Source of the DNA: Rhodospirillaceae bacterium
GTDB lineage: Bacteria > Pseudomonadota > Alphaproteobacteria > GCA-2746255
DNA length: 64,000 nucleotides
NCBI GenBank assembly: GCA_002746255.1
Contig: NVWO01000001.1
Location: 97,198-161,197, forward strand
Direction of reading: 5' to 3'
The notes beneath the pieces were generated by a model. It did no database searches. It was given only the letters and a program-made list of their open reading frames with translations, and was not told the DNA's origin. This document shows positions 22,697-32,188 of this stretch, in pieces (the first letter of the stretch is position 1; each line of letters opens with the position of its first letter). The translations under genes and the position numbers were made by a program.

Positions 22697-24466
22697 TTGC
22701 CAGCTTCCTGCGTTGTAACAACAACGTGCTACAGCAAGGAGGTTGTCTTGTCCGTGCGAAGCCCTGCACATTTAAAGCACCGAAGTGGCGTCTTCTACTT
22801 TCGCAGAGCCGTTCCAGAGCCGTTCCGTGACATCGTAGGGCGGCGTGAACTCTGTCTTTCGCTGCGGACTCGCGACGTTGCGACCGCTAGACTCCTTTGT
22901 CGATTGTGTTCGAATCTATTCGAGCAATTGATGGAGGCGGTGGACAGGATGCCTGGGCTCGGCAAGAACAAGGTCGATGCGATGATTCGTAGCTACTTCG
23001 AGAGGCTACTCTCGAAGACGGAAGAGATCGTCTTTCTTACGCCACAGGACCCATCGATCGACCCAGAGTTCGAAGCGACCTTAGCTGAGGAGGATAGGCA
23101 GCGCCTCCAGGCTGAATTAGCCAAGGGAAAATTCGATAAAATCACTCTGCTAGAGGCCCAAGAACTAGCCGGCACGGGAGCGAACACGCCCCATAACGTT
23201 TCGGCAGACAAATTCAGGGCAATTTGCAACGGGGTCTTGCGTGCACGAATAGAACAGCGCCGCATATACGTGGCCATGTTGCGCGGTGCGTTTGATGAAG
23301 TGAAATCGAAGGACCCTTTGTTTGATGGCGTAACTTCGACGGGAATGCCGCCTCTTCCCGGGGACGAGCCGGAGCCCAAACAACTTACATTGGAAAACGT
23401 TATCGATAAGTTTTGTGCCATGAAGGAAGTTCAGGACTGGACGTCGAAAACAGCCGACGAGAACCGAAGAATACTGGGGTGGTTCCGCGAACAAATCGGT
23501 CCAACAAAAAACATTAACGATATAAATATCGAAGACGTTCGAGAGTTTAGGGACACGCTCTTCAAACTCCCAAAACACTTCACAAAAACAGTAGCGTTTG
23601 AGGGCATGGGGCTTGCTGAGATTGCGGCGGCCAAACCTGCGGGGGAGAAATTGGGTGCAAGCACATTGCAGAAATATTTTGGCTGTGTGCGCTGGTTTCT
23701 TAGTTGGTGTGGGGACGAGTACGACATTGACACGTCGAAGATGCTGAAGCTCAAGATTGGGCATAAAATCAATAGCTTTGACGCCAGGGAGCCATTTTCC
23801 CACGATCAACTAAAACGGCTTTTTAAATCCCCTCAGTTTACCGGCCATAACTCGCCATCTCACCGGGCAACGCCTGGCAGCCTCCTCATCAAGGACGGTA
23901 AGTTTTGGATACCCCTGATAGGTCTCTACACCGGGATGAGGCTGGGCGAGATTGTCCAACTTCTCGTAACCGATGTGCGCGAAGAAAAGGACGTGCTTCA
24001 CTTCGATGTTAACAAAGGAGAAGGTGACGCCAAGAAGACGCTGAAGACCAAGAGCAGTGTGCGCCGCATTCCTATTCACCCGGACTTAATACGCATGGGG
24101 TTTATGGATCATGTAGCGTTACAGCGACAAAAGAATCCGAAGGGCAGGGTATTTTCCGAGATTAAGACGGGAAAGAATGGCGACCATAGTCACAACATGA
24201 GCAAGTATTTTGGACGCTACCTTAAGCTGGTTGGGGTCAAGACGGGTAAAACGACCTTTCACAGTTTCCGTCACAACTTCGCTGATGCGCTGCGAAATGC
24301 TGAAGCCGAGGACTCGAGGATTAAAGCGCTGATTGGTCATGCCGAAAAAAGCACGACTGGTATCTACGGGGTTGGGGTTTTGCTTAAGGTATTAGCGAAG
24401 GACGTGGAGCGGATTAACTACGATCTCGACTTTTCCCACCTCTTTATCAATGCCAAAGACATTTGA
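22697..24466 (+). CDS. Tyrosine-type site-specific integrase (long N-terminal arm-binding region)
   Basis: N-terminal RSGVFYFRRAVP box typical of island integrases. Catalytic region contains R(LGEI), HSFRH and Y (TTGIYGVG). Adjacent to the tRNA. The exact start codon is uncertain. Confidence 0.85.
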   Translation: MPASCVVTTTCYSKEVVLSVRSPAHLKHRSGVFYFRRAVPEPFRDIVGRRELCLSLRTRDVATARLLCRLCSNLFEQLMEAVDRMPGLGKNKVDAMIRSYFERLLSKTEEIVFLTPQDPSIDPEFEATLAEEDRQRLQAELAKGKFDKITLLEAQELAGTGANTPHNVSADKFRAICNGVLRARIEQRRIYVAMLRGAFDEVKSKDPLFDGVTSTGMPPLPGDEPEPKQLTLENVIDKFCAMKEVQDWTSKTADENRRILGWFREQIGPTKNINDINIEDVREFRDTLFKLPKHFTKTVAFEGMGLAEIAAAKPAGEKLGASTLQKYFGCVRWFLSWCGDEYDIDTSKMLKLKIGHKINSFDAREPFSHDQLKRLFKSPQFTGHNSPSHRATPGSLLIKDGKFWIPLIGLYTGMRLGEIVQLLVTDVREEKDVLHFDVNKGEGDAKKTLKTKSSVRRIPIHPDLIRMGFMDHVALQRQKNPKGRVFSEIKTGKNGDHSHNMSKYFGRYLKLVGVKTGKTTFHSFRHNFADALRNAEAEDSRIKALIGHAEKSTTGIYGVGVLLKVLAKDVERINYDLDFSHLFINAKDI

Positions 24467-24481
24467 GGGATATGCACTTTC

Positions 24482-25570
24482 ATGCCGGTGATCTTCAATT
24501 ACAAAGGTACCCTTCACCCTAACAAGCCCCCCAAGGGAGGGAAGACAAAGTATAAGGTAGATATAAGCGATATAGGGAATAGCTATGAAAGACTGGATGG
24601 TTCCGATGTCCACTTGCTAAGACCCAAGATAGATTATCTAAGCGTAGTCTACGACGTGACTGACAAGGATGATCAGGAAGGCATCGTATCTAACCTCGTC
24701 GGCATTAAGAAAGATGCAGGTGTCCCCTATGCGAAGGACCCACCTAAGTCCTCAAATCTTTTTAAGGGTTACGAGATAGAACTTAGCTTGTTCCATGAGC
24801 CATCCGGGAGCTATATCGACGTTCAGGCTCGTCCTACCTCCAAGAAACAAAAAAAATTCATGCGCTTTCAGTTCATCCCATCGGTTCTGGGGAAGGAAGG
24901 ACTGTCTTTCATGAAAGATGAATTAACCAGTATTTTCAATGACGAGATGGCCTATGAGAAGATTGCGACTCAGGGAAAAGTCACCCGGGTTGATGTTGCC
25001 TGCGACATAATCAATGCTCAGATAAGTGAATTGCTGTTCCGACCGAGGAAGAAGGGTAAGAGGCATGCTTACTACTCTCAAGAAGGGGCCTTGGAGACGA
25101 TCTATATGGGGGTAAAGAAGAAGGACAAGAACAGCGACCTTTATGCCTATGACAAGGCTCTACAGCAGGAAGAGGATGAAATAGGGCAAACCTATCAAGG
25201 CGTCGTGCACACACGAGTAGAGTTCAGGGTCAAAACTCAGGTTCCGATAGTAAAATTGGCGTCGCTTGCCAGCCCACTAAGCAAGCTGGATGTGTTTGAT
25301 TGTGTTGCTGTCGCGCCCCCGGAGAAGGACCATAATTGGTGGCACTTCGTAGACAGTTGCCGTCATAGGGGTATAGACGGGGCGCTGGACATATTGCCGG
25401 ACGGAAAACGCAAACTCTACAAAGCCGCGTTAAATAAATCGCTTCATACGATGTGGAACCCGGAAAAGCTGTGGTCATATTGGCCGGACGTTCTTAAAAA
25501 ATCGGGGCTGCTGGACTTCAAGAAAGAAACTTCATCGTCAGGGCCCGATTGCAATCAATTGCAATATTAG
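24482..25570 (+). CDS. Putative rolling-circle replication-initiator-like protein (Rep_trans/RstA-like)
   Basis: 362 aa. Motifs VTRVDVACDI and TIYMGVKKKDKNSDLYAYDKALQQEED are reminiscent of the Rep_trans family (R.D.A.D ... Y.G.R.S....R.YDK..E). The match rests on remembered motifs only and was not checked by a database search. Confidence 0.4.
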   Translation: MPVIFNYKGTLHPNKPPKGGKTKYKVDISDIGNSYERLDGSDVHLLRPKIDYLSVVYDVTDKDDQEGIVSNLVGIKKDAGVPYAKDPPKSSNLFKGYEIELSLFHEPSGSYIDVQARPTSKKQKKFMRFQFIPSVLGKEGLSFMKDELTSIFNDEMAYEKIATQGKVTRVDVACDIINAQISELLFRPRKKGKRHAYYSQEGALETIYMGVKKKDKNSDLYAYDKALQQEEDEIGQTYQGVVHTRVEFRVKTQVPIVKLASLASPLSKLDVFDCVAVAPPEKDHNWWHFVDSCRHRGIDGALDILPDGKRKLYKAALNKSLHTMWNPEKLWSYWPDVLKKSGLLDFKKETSSSGPDCNQLQY

Positions 25571-25983
25571 AACCGTCCCAGGCTCTACAAACATCATACG
25601 CCATCCGGACACAGCCCCCTTCATGGGTTAGTGGCGAGGCTTTATCTTGCCTTAGAGACCCTATACCTTTGCCCGTGGAGCGGTACGCGCTGCTCTGGGG
25701 CTTTGTAACCCCGTCTATAGCGGTTGGTGCTGACCGTAACAGCGCCACAGTCCTTGACCTCTTTGGTCGGGGAGCCTGTGGCGTATGTCCAGGGCTTCTC
25801 GCCTAAAGGCCATAGGGGCCGCCTATAGACGGTTTACAAACTCCCCGATCACCAGGGATCAAGATGGGACCTACTTGCGGGGGCGTACCGCAAGCTTTGG
25901 TTTCGGGAGTGGTGGCGATGGGTAGAGACGGAACACCAATTTTGGTATCCGGGGGAGATTCAAGAACCCTCAGAAGGCTGCGC

Positions 25984-27114
25984 ATGGATGGCACGGAGAA
26001 CGCGCACAACGAGAAGTGGCTTCAGAAGCTAATTCACCGTCATCCTACATGCATCCCCATGGATCAGATCGAGCCTGGCCTATCGACGCTGGTCCCTGTT
26101 TGCATGGAACTTCCTTTGTCCTGTGGCTTTCTGGACAACCTGCTAATGACCCCCGATGGGGACATCGTAATCATCGAGGCTAAACTTTGGCGCAACCCGG
26201 AAGCTCGCCGTGAAGTCGTCGCGCAGGCTCTTGATTATGCCTCCAGCCTATTTGGCATGGACTACGATTCGCTTGAAAAAGCAGTGCTGAAGGCCGATTT
26301 CGATAACAAGGAGAAGCCTGCTCGCCTGTACGACATATTCAGCGACGCTGACACGCTCGATGAACCGGCCTTTGTCGATGCTGTGACCACCAATCTCAAG
26401 AATGGCCGTATCGTCGTCCTTGTGGCCGGAGACGGGATCAGAACAAGTATCGAGACCCTGATTGACGGGCTCCAGTTACATGCCGGTTTTCACTTCACCT
26501 TCGCCCTCGTCGAGTTGGCGGTATTTCGAGGCATGGATGATGATGATTTTCTCGTCGTGCCGCGCACACTGGCCAAGACATGCATGATCGAGAGGGGCAT
26601 CGTCCGCATAGACAACGGACAGGTTGAGATCGTTCCCGTTCAAGGAAAACCAGAAGTCGCGTCTTCCAGTCGCCTTCAATCTATTAGTTCCGAACAATTC
26701 TACGAAGCCATGAAAGAGAGAGCCTCTGGCCTGCCGGAAAGCTTGAAGGCCTTTGTGGACAAGCTATCGGCTCTGGGCGTCTATCCGGAATTCCAGCGTT
26801 CCCTGAACCTCAAATGGGACCCGCCATCAGGCAAGCCAATTAATCTTGGATACATCAAGCGGACCGGACAATTGTGGACCGATGCAGCCAGTTGGTCTCT
26901 TTCCGATAAAAAACTCGCTCGATCTTACATTGAGGACCTAGCTGAAATATTCGGGGGAGAAATTATGTATATCGGCAAGGACAAAATTCCATATGTCGCT
27001 GTGGAAGGGCATGCTCCGCGTATTGAAACGCTGGTGGACAAATTAGACGTCTGGCATGGGGCAATTGAAAAATTACAAGATCATGTCAGGCAAAATATTT
27101 CCACGGAGGGCTGA
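25984..27114 (+). CDS. NucS/Hjc-type PD-(D/E)xK nuclease-fold protein with ~250-aa C-terminal domain of unknown function
   Basis: GFLDNLLMTPDGDIVIIEAKLWRNPEARREVVAQALDYA matches the D...E.K...Q..Y core of the NucS/DUF91 restriction-endonuclease fold. Track ORF starts at 25864. ATG 25984 has an AGAAGG-like RBS. Confidence 0.5.
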   Translation: MDGTENAHNEKWLQKLIHRHPTCIPMDQIEPGLSTLVPVCMELPLSCGFLDNLLMTPDGDIVIIEAKLWRNPEARREVVAQALDYASSLFGMDYDSLEKAVLKADFDNKEKPARLYDIFSDADTLDEPAFVDAVTTNLKNGRIVVLVAGDGIRTSIETLIDGLQLHAGFHFTFALVELAVFRGMDDDDFLVVPRTLAKTCMIERGIVRIDNGQVEIVPVQGKPEVASSSRLQSISSEQFYEAMKERASGLPESLKAFVDKLSALGVYPEFQRSLNLKWDPPSGKPINLGYIKRTGQLWTDAASWSLSDKKLARSYIEDLAEIFGGEIMYIGKDKIPYVAVEGHAPRIETLVDKLDVWHGAIEKLQDHVRQNISTEG

Positions 27115-27127
27115 TCCAGCCGCAGCA

Positions 27128-27973
27128 ATGTCAATTAAAAAAAGCAGGACAGATGTGGTGAAAACAATTAGAGAGAAAAAAATCGGAAAAGTTACCCTGC
27201 GGCTGGTTGATGCCGGAAAGGCATATGCGGGCATTGTCCTTCAAGAGGGCAAGATAAGCTCGCATGTTGAAGGGGCTGATCCGGAAGATGTTTGGCAAAA
27301 ACTAGAAGCCAGCGCCGCAAGGAGCAGTCCAAACTACTTCGGGTTTGAAGCTGCAAAAAACCGCTTTCTGTCTTTCTTTCCAGACGGGTTTGCGTCTGAA
27401 CATTACCTGAGCAAGGAACGTCAATATAAGCTTCAAGCCAAAGAATTGCTGGATAACACAGTGCCTCTTGATGCGGCATTAAATAGCTCAGGTCATGGTG
27501 AGGCCATAAGGGCCGTTTTCAATAAAACAAACCTAATATCGCCATTCGAGAAGATGCGATTGAATGACGCTCTGCTTAGTGACCAGGCAGATCAATTTAT
27601 CAACGGTGCTGCCCGAATGGCATCGGGGGAGATAAAAAATGGTCTGCGTGAAATGGAGAAATCTCTGAAGCCACATGATGTAGCTAAATGGACTGTTGTC
27701 ACGTACCTGCCATTTTTATGGAATCCAACAAAACATATGTTTTTGAAACCGACAATCACCAAAGATTTTTCGGAACGGATAGGCCATCCTTTTTTCAATA
27801 ATTATGAAGCCAAGCTTGATATTGGGGTTTATGAGAGCTTGCTTGATTTGGTTGATAAGACCGAACAGAAAATTTCCGGCCTTGGTCCACAAGACCGAAT
27901 TGATACTCAGAGTTTTATTTGGATCGTTGGGGCATATGATATGGAAGTCGATGTGTCAGAGGTTCACGCATAA
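27128..27973 (+). CDS. Hypothetical protein (middle gene of the nuclease-ExoI operon)
   Basis: A 282-aa ORF starting 13 nt after the preceding stop. No motif recognised. Track ORF 27056 overlaps the previous gene, so the ATG at 27128 is preferred. Confidence 0.4.
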   Translation: MSIKKSRTDVVKTIREKKIGKVTLRLVDAGKAYAGIVLQEGKISSHVEGADPEDVWQKLEASAARSSPNYFGFEAAKNRFLSFFPDGFASEHYLSKERQYKLQAKELLDNTVPLDAALNSSGHGEAIRAVFNKTNLISPFEKMRLNDALLSDQADQFINGAARMASGEIKNGLREMEKSLKPHDVAKWTVVTYLPFLWNPTKHMFLKPTITKDFSERIGHPFFNNYEAKLDIGVYESLLDLVDKTEQKISGLGPQDRIDTQSFIWIVGAYDMEVDVSEVHA

Positions 27974-27979
27974 TCTGAT

Positions 27980-29350
27980 ATGACATTTATTTTCTACGAT
28001 ACGGAAACAACGGGGCTGTCGGCGGGCTTCGATCAAATTCTTCAATTCGCGGCGCTTGTAACCGATGACGATTTCAACGTTATCGAGGAAGTAAATCTGC
28101 GCTGCCGGTTGCAATCCCATGTAGTGCCATCGCCAGGGGCCCTCTTGGTTACGGGTGTGCGCCCGTCAGATATCCAAGGGGCCAATCTGTCCCACTATCA
28201 GATGGTCCGGAAAATTCGGAACGTGATTGAGCAGCACACGCCGGCCGTAATTGTTGGATACAACAGCATCAGTTACGACGAAAGCATGCTACGTCAGGCA
28301 TTTTACCAGACGCTCAATCCCGTCTACCTCACCAATATGAACGGCAACACCCGCATGGATATGTTGCGCGTCGCTCATGCCGTCTCAGAATATGCACCGG
28401 ACGTTTTGCAGATACCCTTGAACGATAAGGGGCGACCAAGTTTCAAGCTGGGTCTTCTTGCTGCCGCTAACGGCCTTGTTCACGAAGACGCCCATGAAGC
28501 CATGTCGGACACCTTGGTGACGCTTGGCCTGGCCAGGCTGGTGCGGGCAAAGGCACCAAAAATATGGGAGGCCATGTATGCGACGCGGGCCAAGCGCTCG
28601 GTACAGGGTTTTATGGCCGATACGGACGTCTTTTGTTTCACGGACAAGATGTTCAAGCAATCCTCGGTCCTTGCAACCCAGATAGCGCCCAGTCCGGAAA
28701 ATTCATCTCAAGTTGCAGTCTTCGATCTCTCCCACGATCCTGTCCACTATCTGGACATATCGAAAAAAGACATGGTGAGTTTGCTGCGAACAACTCCCCG
28801 CCCGATCCGCGTTGTTAAGGCCAACCAGCAACCCATCCTTGCTTCCTATGAGTTCAGCCATGTAGGGGTCGCGGGACATGACCTGCCAATTTACCAATTG
28901 CAAGAGAGGGCGCGTCAGGTAAAAGAGCACCCGACCTTCGCCGACAACGTGGCCCATGCCATTGCCAATCGTTATCCTGAGCGGGAGCCCTCCAAGCTTG
29001 TGGAAGAGCAGATTTACAATGCTTTTCCGAGTTGGTCGGATCAAAAACTGATGGAGCAATTTCACCAGCAGCCTTGGGAAGAGCGACTGGGGACCGTTTT
29101 ACAATTGACGGACGATCGATTGGGGGAGCTCGGGGAACGTCTGATCTATACGGAGCGTCCGGATGCATTGCCGGAGGACGTGATCCTTCGTCGTGATAGG
29201 TGGCGGCACGAACGAATTCATGCCGAACAGTCAGTGCAATGGGTGACTGCGGGGTCAGCGCTGGAAGAAGTCGAGTCACTCAGGACAAAGGGTTCAGGGA
29301 AGCACGAGGATTTGTTCCAAGACATTGAAATGTTCCTTGGAAAGTTGTGA
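27980..29350 (+). CDS. sbcB: Exonuclease I (SbcB) homolog, DEDDh 3'-5' ssDNA exonuclease
   Basis: Collinear with E. coli ExoI over the full length. FIFYDTETTG aligns to FLFHDYETFG (Exo I). QFAALVTDDDFNVI aligns to QFAAIRTDSEFNVI. GYNSISYDE is Exo II. RPSFKLGLLAAANGLVHEDAHEAMSD aligns to LPSFRLEHLTKANGIEHSNAHDAMAD (Exo III, H and D). Size 456 aa versus 475 aa. Confidence 0.8.
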   Translation: MTFIFYDTETTGLSAGFDQILQFAALVTDDDFNVIEEVNLRCRLQSHVVPSPGALLVTGVRPSDIQGANLSHYQMVRKIRNVIEQHTPAVIVGYNSISYDESMLRQAFYQTLNPVYLTNMNGNTRMDMLRVAHAVSEYAPDVLQIPLNDKGRPSFKLGLLAAANGLVHEDAHEAMSDTLVTLGLARLVRAKAPKIWEAMYATRAKRSVQGFMADTDVFCFTDKMFKQSSVLATQIAPSPENSSQVAVFDLSHDPVHYLDISKKDMVSLLRTTPRPIRVVKANQQPILASYEFSHVGVAGHDLPIYQLQERARQVKEHPTFADNVAHAIANRYPEREPSKLVEEQIYNAFPSWSDQKLMEQFHQQPWEERLGTVLQLTDDRLGELGERLIYTERPDALPEDVILRRDRWRHERIHAEQSVQWVTAGSALEEVESLRTKGSGKHEDLFQDIEMFLGKL

Positions 29351-29439
29351 TTGTCTGAGCTTTATTAGCCCATCCCCAGTCTCAAAAGGACTTATGGCGA
29401 CTAGAATTGGTAATTGTGTCAATTCATCAAAAAACATGC

Positions 29440-29650
29440 CGTTGACAAATATTTTGACAAATATTTCTGACAGCATGCAAACATTACGGCGATTGTCACA
29501 ATGTTAAATAAATGGCTAGAATCAAAGGCTTTTCACGAGTGCAATTGGTAATTTTAAATATAATTTGCGGGAAACAGACAGGGGCGGGTCCGCGTTGACC
29601 GCCTGTGACGTGGCGATCTTTGTGACAAAAATGCTGGTGTCAAAGTTAAA
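29440..29650. promoter_or_regulatory. AT-rich intergenic region dense in TGACA/TGTCA motifs
   Basis: TTGACAAATATTT occurs twice in tandem at 29442-29466. CTGACAGCA at 29467. Palindrome ATTGTCACAAT at 29492-29502. TGACA-N10-TGTCA at about 29612-29640. Lies between the ExoI gene and the next gene. Could be an operator or iteron array. Confidence 0.35.
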
Positions 29651-29908
29651 TCCTCCACATGTCTCCAAACTTGGGATCAAAAGAGTCGCCGGTCCATCGT
29701 TTGGCCCCCTTCATAAACTCACAAAGCCTATTCGTTTTTACTAAACTCAAGGCGTAGGGAGCGCCTTGATAAAGCGGGTAAATAACGTTTTGATTCTATT
29801 TTTATTATAGCGGTTATCACTTTACTCCTTCGTTCCCAAGCCTACGATAATGGTGGGACCTAAGATCTCAGTCCTCCCCTTGAAATTAATCTCAAGGAGG
29901 AGAAGACG

Positions 29909-31012
29909 ATGAACGGAACCCATATTCTTGATCACTATCGGTCCCAGCTTGCCGACCAAGTTCTGAAGCGCGGCACGGATATTCCCAACTTCAATCCATT
30001 GGAAATCTCTCCGTGGTTAGCGATGAGCCTGATGCAAAAAGCTATCCGCAGAGGTCGGGTGGATTTTGCCCTTCGGAGTGCTGCAACACTTCTTAAAATT
30101 TCACCTGAACGACTTTGGCGGAGACTTGGCGTCACTGCATTTGAAGACATCGGCGTTGGTAACTTGGAAGTTGTTTCGCTGGTTACAGTGGCTTTGGCAG
30201 GAAAGCGATACCGCGCCAAGATTGGTGGGGAGTGGGCTGTTGCCTCCTATCTGATCGGCATCATGTGCGAAGCAAACAAATGCAGGGCAGCGGATGATCT
30301 TGCCGTTGTTTGTGACTGGCACCCAGATTACGAACAACCGCGCCTGGAATTGACCTACAAGCCGATGCTGGAATTATTGAAGGTAGTAGAGGGTGCAGGC
30401 TCCATACCCGAAAAGTCTTTGGCAACATGGTATGCCCTGGGGACTGACCGTTGCCGCTCTCCCGTATTGCGGGAACGACGCGGCGACCCTCAAGCGGTGT
30501 TTAATTATTTATGTGAGGCTGGGTTCCCTGACACCGTGGTGGAAATCGCCCGAGAGGGTTTCAGAAAAGGTAGCGGTGTTCTGGCGGCATTCATGGTCTT
30601 GCTAGCGCAGGCATCGCAACAATCCGTTCATTATGCAAAATCGGATGATTTTCCAGAAGAGGGAATGATTGGAGACGTTCCTGGGTGGGCTTTCGACATG
30701 CATGTCCGCGAAGGCAATGCGGCCATGAGCCGGTTCCTCAAAACGGATTGCGAAACAGTCCGTTGGATTGACGACGTTTTGCCCCCTACCGGTCGGACGA
30801 AGTTTCTCGGCGGTGTCTTGTTCCGGATTGAGAGTGGGCTTGTTTCAAGCAGGCACCGTTGGAAAGTCGGGGACGATTTGCGCCGCATGTCTGATTTTGA
30901 ATGCGAGGCTCTGAGACACAAGAGGATCGGGGAAGTCATGACGCTGCTTCGTGCAGATATGCCTATTCTCAACGAAGCCCGGCGAATGGTCGTTTCCGGG
31001 ATGGGGAAATGA
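29909..31012 (+). CDS. Hypothetical protein translationally coupled to a tyrosine recombinase
   Basis: Strong RBS AGGAGGAGAAGACGATG. 367 aa. No recognised motif. Its stop overlaps the start of the next gene (ATGA). Confidence 0.5.
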   Translation: MNGTHILDHYRSQLADQVLKRGTDIPNFNPLEISPWLAMSLMQKAIRRGRVDFALRSAATLLKISPERLWRRLGVTAFEDIGVGNLEVVSLVTVALAGKRYRAKIGGEWAVASYLIGIMCEANKCRAADDLAVVCDWHPDYEQPRLELTYKPMLELLKVVEGAGSIPEKSLATWYALGTDRCRSPVLRERRGDPQAVFNYLCEAGFPDTVVEIAREGFRKGSGVLAAFMVLLAQASQQSVHYAKSDDFPEEGMIGDVPGWAFDMHVREGNAAMSRFLKTDCETVRWIDDVLPPTGRTKFLGGVLFRIESGLVSSRHRWKVGDDLRRMSDFECEALRHKRIGEVMTLLRADMPILNEARRMVVSGMGK

Positions 31013-32010
31013 CCATGTATGCGAACAAACGACAGGCAGCCAATGAGACGCCTCTAACCTCTGATAACACCCACTTATCGGAGCCCATAACAACCGCCCT
31101 GGATGGCGGTGCAATTAACTGCACACAAGCTACGTCAGGCTATGTGCGGGCGGCCATCGCTGATAATACGCGACGAGCCTATCGCGCCGACTTAAATCAC
31201 TTCCTGGAATGGGGAGGCGCTATACCTGCAACGGACGTGATGGTTGCCGATTACCTCGCTGTTCATGCGGGGGCGTTGGCAGTTTCAACCTTGTGCCGGC
31301 GTATTGCATCAATTGCAAAGGCACACAGGGCAAGGGGCCTGCAAAGCCCGACTGTCTCTGACCTGATCAAGGCCACCATGCGGGGCATCAAACGCACTCA
31401 CGGGGCTCCCCAGCGCGGCTCAGCGCCCCTTCTTATCGAGGACCTTCTCCGGATCATGAGCGTTCTTGGAGACGGCATGAAAGACACCCGGGACCGGGCG
31501 TTGTTGTTGCTCGGCTTTGCTGGTGGGTTCAGGCGGTCCGAACTCGTTGCGCTCGACGTTGAAGACATCCAGTCCGTTCGCCAGGGAATGATCGTCACCA
31601 TCAAACGATCCAAAACGGATCAGGCTGGTGTGGGGCGGCAGATAGGTGTTCCGTTTGCGCGCGGTCGGTTCTGCCCGGTTAAGTCTGTGGAGGCGTGGTT
31701 GCAAGTCGCGGGCATATCCGATGGCCCTGTTTTTCGTTCCGTGGACCGGTACGGGCGGGTTGGAACGCAAAGACTATCAAGTGAGGCCGTCGCCAATGTG
31801 ATCAAGGCCAGGGTCGAGCAAGTTGGCTTCGACCCAACGCTCTATTCTGGCCATAGCCTGCGGGCGGGCCTTGCTACCAGTGCGGCGATGGCAGGGGTTA
31901 GCTCCCTCGATATCCGAAAACAGACCGGCCATGCATCGGACGCAATGCTTGCGCGGTACGTACGGTCCGGAGAGTTGTTTGTGAATAATGCCTCTGGGGC
32001 TTTATTGTAA
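31009..32010 (+). CDS. Tyrosine recombinase/integrase (XerC/D-like, SAM-like N-domain)
   Basis: Catalytic motifs R (GFRRSELVAL), HSLRAG and RY (MLARYVRSG). Start ATG at 31009 overlaps the upstream stop. Track ORF 30901 is too long. Confidence 0.8.
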   Translation: MTMYANKRQAANETPLTSDNTHLSEPITTALDGGAINCTQATSGYVRAAIADNTRRAYRADLNHFLEWGGAIPATDVMVADYLAVHAGALAVSTLCRRIASIAKAHRARGLQSPTVSDLIKATMRGIKRTHGAPQRGSAPLLIEDLLRIMSVLGDGMKDTRDRALLLLGFAGGFRRSELVALDVEDIQSVRQGMIVTIKRSKTDQAGVGRQIGVPFARGRFCPVKSVEAWLQVAGISDGPVFRSVDRYGRVGTQRLSSEAVANVIKARVEQVGFDPTLYSGHSLRAGLATSAAMAGVSSLDIRKQTGHASDAMLARYVRSGELFVNNASGALL

Positions 32011-32103
32011 TCAGCCCAATATAAATTCTCTGCCTGGACATTAAAGGCAGGTCCTCGTCGACACTTTTTTGTATATGGATATGCTTACGTTTAGAGTATT
32101 GGC

Positions 32104-32154
32104 GTCAATAAATATATTGACATAAAACATCTTGTCGTCAATTAATATATTGAC
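32104..32154. promoter_or_regulatory. Two operator-like palindromes GTCAAT-N6-ATTGAC upstream of the XRE gene
   Basis: GTCAATAAATATATTGAC at 32104-32121 and GTCAATTAATATATTGAC at 32137-32154. The second overlaps a TTGACG -35-like hexamer followed by a TATATA-like element before the ATG at 32189. Confidence 0.5.
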
Positions 32155-32188
32155 GAAATGTCATTTAATGTAAATATATAGGTATACA

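Noticed and set aside
29469-29477. CTGACAGCA 9-mer shared between the 29.4-kb leader and both R-M-flanking repeats (33589, 41037), considered as a common regulator site
   Set aside because: Too short to exclude chance. Mentioned only within the findings.
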